From positions 1-59,611 of the forward strand of contig CAWGAO010000001.1 in NCBI GenBank assembly GCA_963820595.1: 59,611 bases of DNA, read 5' to 3'. This DNA comes from Candidatus Tagabacteria bacterium (GTDB lineage Bacteria; Patescibacteriota; Minisyncoccia; GCA-002779875). How positions within the stretch are numbered: the first letter of the stretch is position 1; every line of letters begins with the position of its first letter. Position numbers and translations under genes: made by a program. This document shows, piece after piece, positions 56,421 to 59,611 of the stretch. Under the pieces are notes generated by a model. The model searched no databases. It was not told the DNA's origin and saw only the letters and a program-made list of their open reading frames with translations.

Positions 56421-58533
56421 AATTTGGGTCAATTTCTTTAAGAGAAAGATTTATTCTTCCCATTTCGTCGATGCTGATGATTTTTACGGGGATGACGTCG
56501 CCGATATTCACCACGTCGGTAACTCTGTTGACGCGAAAAGGCGCGAGTTCGGAAATGTGCACCAAGCCTTCCGTTTTCGGCGCAATTTCCACCATTGCGC
56601 CGAATTCGAAAATGCGGCTTACTATCCCTTTTTCGAAAATTTCGCCTACTTGATACTCATGAGTGATTTCTTTGATGATTTCTTCCGCTTTCTTCGCGCC
56701 TTCTTCGTTTTTCCCGGTGATAAAAATCGTGCCGTCCTGTTCGATGTCGATTTCAGCACCGGTGTCGGCCATTATTTTATTTATCACTTTTCCTCCGGGG
56801 CCGATGACGTCGCGGATTTTGTCCGGATTAATCATAAGTTTTATGACTCGGGGCGCTTGCGGAGGAAGTTCTTTTGCCGGTTCGGGAATGGTTGTGAGCA
56901 TTACTTCCAAAATTTTCATTCTTGCATCTTTTGCGCGTTCGAGCGCTTCTTTTAATATCTTCGGTTTTATGCCGTCCACTTTTATATCCATTTGGATTGC
57001 CGTTATGCCGTCTTTTGTGCCGGCAACTTTGAAGTCCATGTCGCCGTGATGGTCTTCCGGACCCTGGATATCGGTCAGAAGTTTATATTCGTTTCCGTGA
57101 GTCATTATTCCGATGGAGATTCCCGCAACCGGATTTTTTATCGGCACTCCGGCGGCCATAAGGGCCAGAGTTGAAGCGCAAATCGAACCTTGCGATGTCG
57201 AGCCGTTCGAAGAAAGACATTCCGAAACAACGCGAACGGTGTAGGGAAATTTATCGCTGGTCGGAATAACCGCCATGAAAGCGCCTTCTCGGCCAACGCG
57301 CCGTGTCCTATTTCGCGCCTTCCCGGATTTCCCATTCTTCCGGTTTCTCCCGAAGAAAACGGCGGAAAGTTGTAATGGTGCATGAATCTTTTTTTCATTT
57401 TTATTTCCATTCCTTCGATAAGCTGGACGTCGCCGGGCGCCCCAAGAGTGACGACGGAAAGAATGTGCGTGCTTCCGCGGTAGAAAAGTCCGGAGCCGTG
57501 CACGCGGGGAAGAAGATTGACTGCGGCAAAAATAGGCCGAAGTTCGTCCATTTTTCTGCCGTCCGCCCGTTTGCCGAATTTAATGGCGTTTAAGTGAATG
57601 ATTTCATTTATTGATTCTTCAAAAAGTTCGTCGGCGAAATCTTTTATATTTTCGCCGAATTCCGTTTTCATGCTTTCCATCCATTCCTTTTTCAGATCGC
57701 TGATTGCAAGTCCGCGGCCGGCTTTTTCGCTTAAACCGCTGGAAGCGGCGTTTTTCAAAAATTGCGTCTTCGAGCCGTTTGTTGAAATGTTTTATTGAAA
57801 GCTTCTTTCACTTTTTCCGGCTCTTCTTTACGCCGCAATTATTCTTTTGGATTTTCCGATTTCTTCGATGATTTTTTCCTGCCACTTTTGGATTTTTTCT
57901 ATTTCTTTCACGCGTGGTCGAAAGCTTCGCCGACGATTTTTTCCGGCACTTCGTTCGCTCCCGCCTCCATCATATTGATTTGTCCGTCTTTTCCGCAGAC
58001 AACCATATCCAAATCGGATTTTTCTCTTTCAGCGTAAGTGGGGTTTGCGATAAAGCCGGGATGGCTGATGCGAACCGCTCCAATGGGTCCGTTCCACGGA
58101 ATATCAGAAGTTCCCAAAGCCAAAGAAGCCGCGATAATTGCGACTATATCGGGATCGTTTTCGCCGTCAACGGCCATAGCCGTGGCGGTAACTTGGGTTT
58201 CGTTTCTTGTTTTTTGGTTGAACAGCGGCCGGATTGTGCGGTCGATTAAGCGGCCCGTCAGAATCGCTTCTTCAGAAGGCCTTCCTTCGCGTCTTAAAAA
58301 TCTGCTGCCCAGAATTTCTCCGGCAGCGTAAAATTTTTCTTCGTAATCAACCGTGAGAGGGAAATAATCCAGATCCCAGGCGTTCGTTTGGCGACATCAC
58401 GGCCGTTGCCAAAACAACCGTATCGCCGTAACGAACGAGAACCGAGCCGTTTGCTTGCTCGGCCAAATTGGAGAATTCAGCCGTCAAGAGTCTTGCCGGC
58501 AAATTCGGTTGTGTATTTTTTAACTTTCATCAT
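56305..58533 (-). CDS. pnp: polyribonucleotide nucleotidyltransferase, several frameshifts in this assembly
   Basis: [50 protein letters not shown] and S1 domains in successive frames. Confidence 0.93.
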
Positions 58534-58546
58534 ACAATTAAATAAT

Positions 58547-59050
58547 TTACATCAAAAATCTTTTAGCATCTTCTCCGAAGTCAATGAAATCATCCGCCAC
58601 TTCTCTTAATTTTGCGGAAGTGGATTTTCCGAACGACGACAACTTCAACCTGCCTTCCTTTTCCTTTAAGATATTCGACTAGAGGAATAAAATCTCCGTC
58701 GCCCGTAACCAGAACAATGGCGTCAATCACCAAATCGGCCAGTCGCACGGCGTCAATCGCCATTCCCACATCCCAGTCGGCTTTTTTCATTCCTCCGGGA
58801 AAAATCTGAAGGTCTTTGACTTTTAATTCTATTCCCATTTTGGAAAGCGCTTCAAAAAACGGCTGTTCTTCGCCGGATTCGGTGCGGATAACATAACCGA
58901 TGGCGCGAATCAATTGCCTTCCGCTAACAGCGGCTTTGAGAATTTCTTTAAAATTAGCTCGGGCTTTGTAAATATTTTTGGCGGAGTGGTACATGTTTTG
59001 AACGTCAATCAAAACCGCCACTCGCTGATTTTTATGTTTAGGTATGTCAT
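58547..59050 (-). CDS. NYN domain (PIN-like) protein, frameshifts near both ends
   Basis: VLIDVQNMY, KKADWDVGMAIDA, VTGDGDFIPLV; C-terminus SFGKSTSAKLRE in an alternative frame. Confidence 0.88.
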
Positions 59051-59056
59051 TATAAT

Positions 59057-59335
59057 TTAATTTATTTTCTTTGTTTTTAATCCGACTTTTTTCGTCAGGC
59101 TTTCGTATCTTTTTTCGCTGGTTTTTTTAAGATAGTTCAGAAGCGTCCTGCGCTTTGACACCATTTTCAAAAGCCCCCGGCGGGAAAGATTATCTTTGGG
59201 GTTCTTTTTGAGATGGTTGACCAATTTTTTGATTTGTTCGGTTAATACGGCAATTTGCACTTCAGGCGAACCCGTGTCTTTTTCGTGAATCTGATGTTTT
59301 TCAATGACTTTTTTCTTTGTTTTTGAAGTTAACAT
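59057..59335 (-). CDS. rpsO: 30S ribosomal protein S15
   Basis: [15 protein letters not shown]...[18 protein letters not shown]. Confidence 0.98.
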   Translation of the reverse strand: MLTSKTKKKVIEKHQIHEKDTGSPEVQIAVLTEQIKKLVNHLKKNPKDNLSRRGLLKMVSKRRTLLNYLKKTSEKRYESLTKKVGLKTKKIN

Positions 59336-59383
59336 GCCAAAATTTTTTAAAATTTATGAATGATAATGAATAAATTTTTGTTA

Positions 59384-59540
59384 AATTTTGAGCATCCCGT
59401 TCCAATTTTTCCAGAGATAGCGCATTATTTTTACTTTTTAAAAAAGATAAAAAATTAATCTCGCGGCGCAGAGCCGGAATAGGCCGAGCGAAGCGAGTGC
59501 GCCGCCCTAATCAAGTTTCGAAAAATTGGGGCGGGATAAC
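59384..59540 (-). repeat. family element upstream of rpsO (ATCCCG...CGGGAT + GCTCAAAATTT)
   Basis: Plus-strand arms ATCCCGTTCCAATTTTT and AAAAATTGGGGCGGGAT, with TTTTGAGC flank and an internal CGAGCGAAGCGAG. Confidence 0.7.
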
Positions 59541-59611
59541 TACGGTTAGTATTCTACTAAATTTCCTGATTTTTTGCAAGAAATATATAAAGCCCACGTT
59601 TCGTGGGCTTA

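Noticed and set aside
52599-58533. True pseudogenes for comM and pnp
   Set aside because: The motifs are intact, I saw no decay other than single-base indels, and the same pattern affects many genes, so a technical cause is more parsimonious.
3161-59540. CRISPR array
   Set aside because: The repeats are dispersed inverted arms, not tandem direct repeats with equal spacers, and there are no cas genes.
1-59611. tRNA/rRNA genes and alternative genetic code 25
   Set aside because: No cloverleaf or rRNA signatures were seen, and TGA terminates several genes at the expected positions (for example pilB and the gltD-porD fusion).

Overview
Core-chromosome segment of a Patescibacteria (CPR, Parcubacteria-like) genome. 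It uses genetic code 11 (TGA is a stop) and is centred on the replication-origin region (dnaN-dnaA | rpmH-rnpA-yidC-jag). It carries housekeeping genes (murE, ruvA/B/C, rpsT, rpsO, holA, tsaE, tyrS, PBP1a, rsmA, pnp, comM), a PilB/GspE ATPase, a 12-kb CPR-type T4SS-like operon (pilin, split VirB4, PrgI-like, VirB6-like), secreted and coiled-coil proteins, and an apparently imported terC + porG-(gltD/porD fusion)-porA-porB block. The most striking feature is a family of about 11 intergenic inverted-repeat elements with ACC(CC)G...CGG(GG)T ends, interchangeable flanking modules and variable cargo. One copy is filled exactly by a 74-aa GIY-YIG nuclease gene whose start and stop codons lie inside the repeat arms. 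Two ~90%-identical 100-bp copies carry their cargo in opposite orientation relative to their flanks. I infer, but cannot prove, a GIY-YIG-associated mobile or invertible palindromic element system. Other points of interest are in-frame micro-palindromes inside genes, a UvrD/PcrA lacking the 2B subdomain, and a 178-bp near-identical inverted duplication in a chimeric gene. Many single-base frameshifts in otherwise conserved genes are probably sequencing or assembly errors. No rRNA, tRNA or CRISPR array was recognised.
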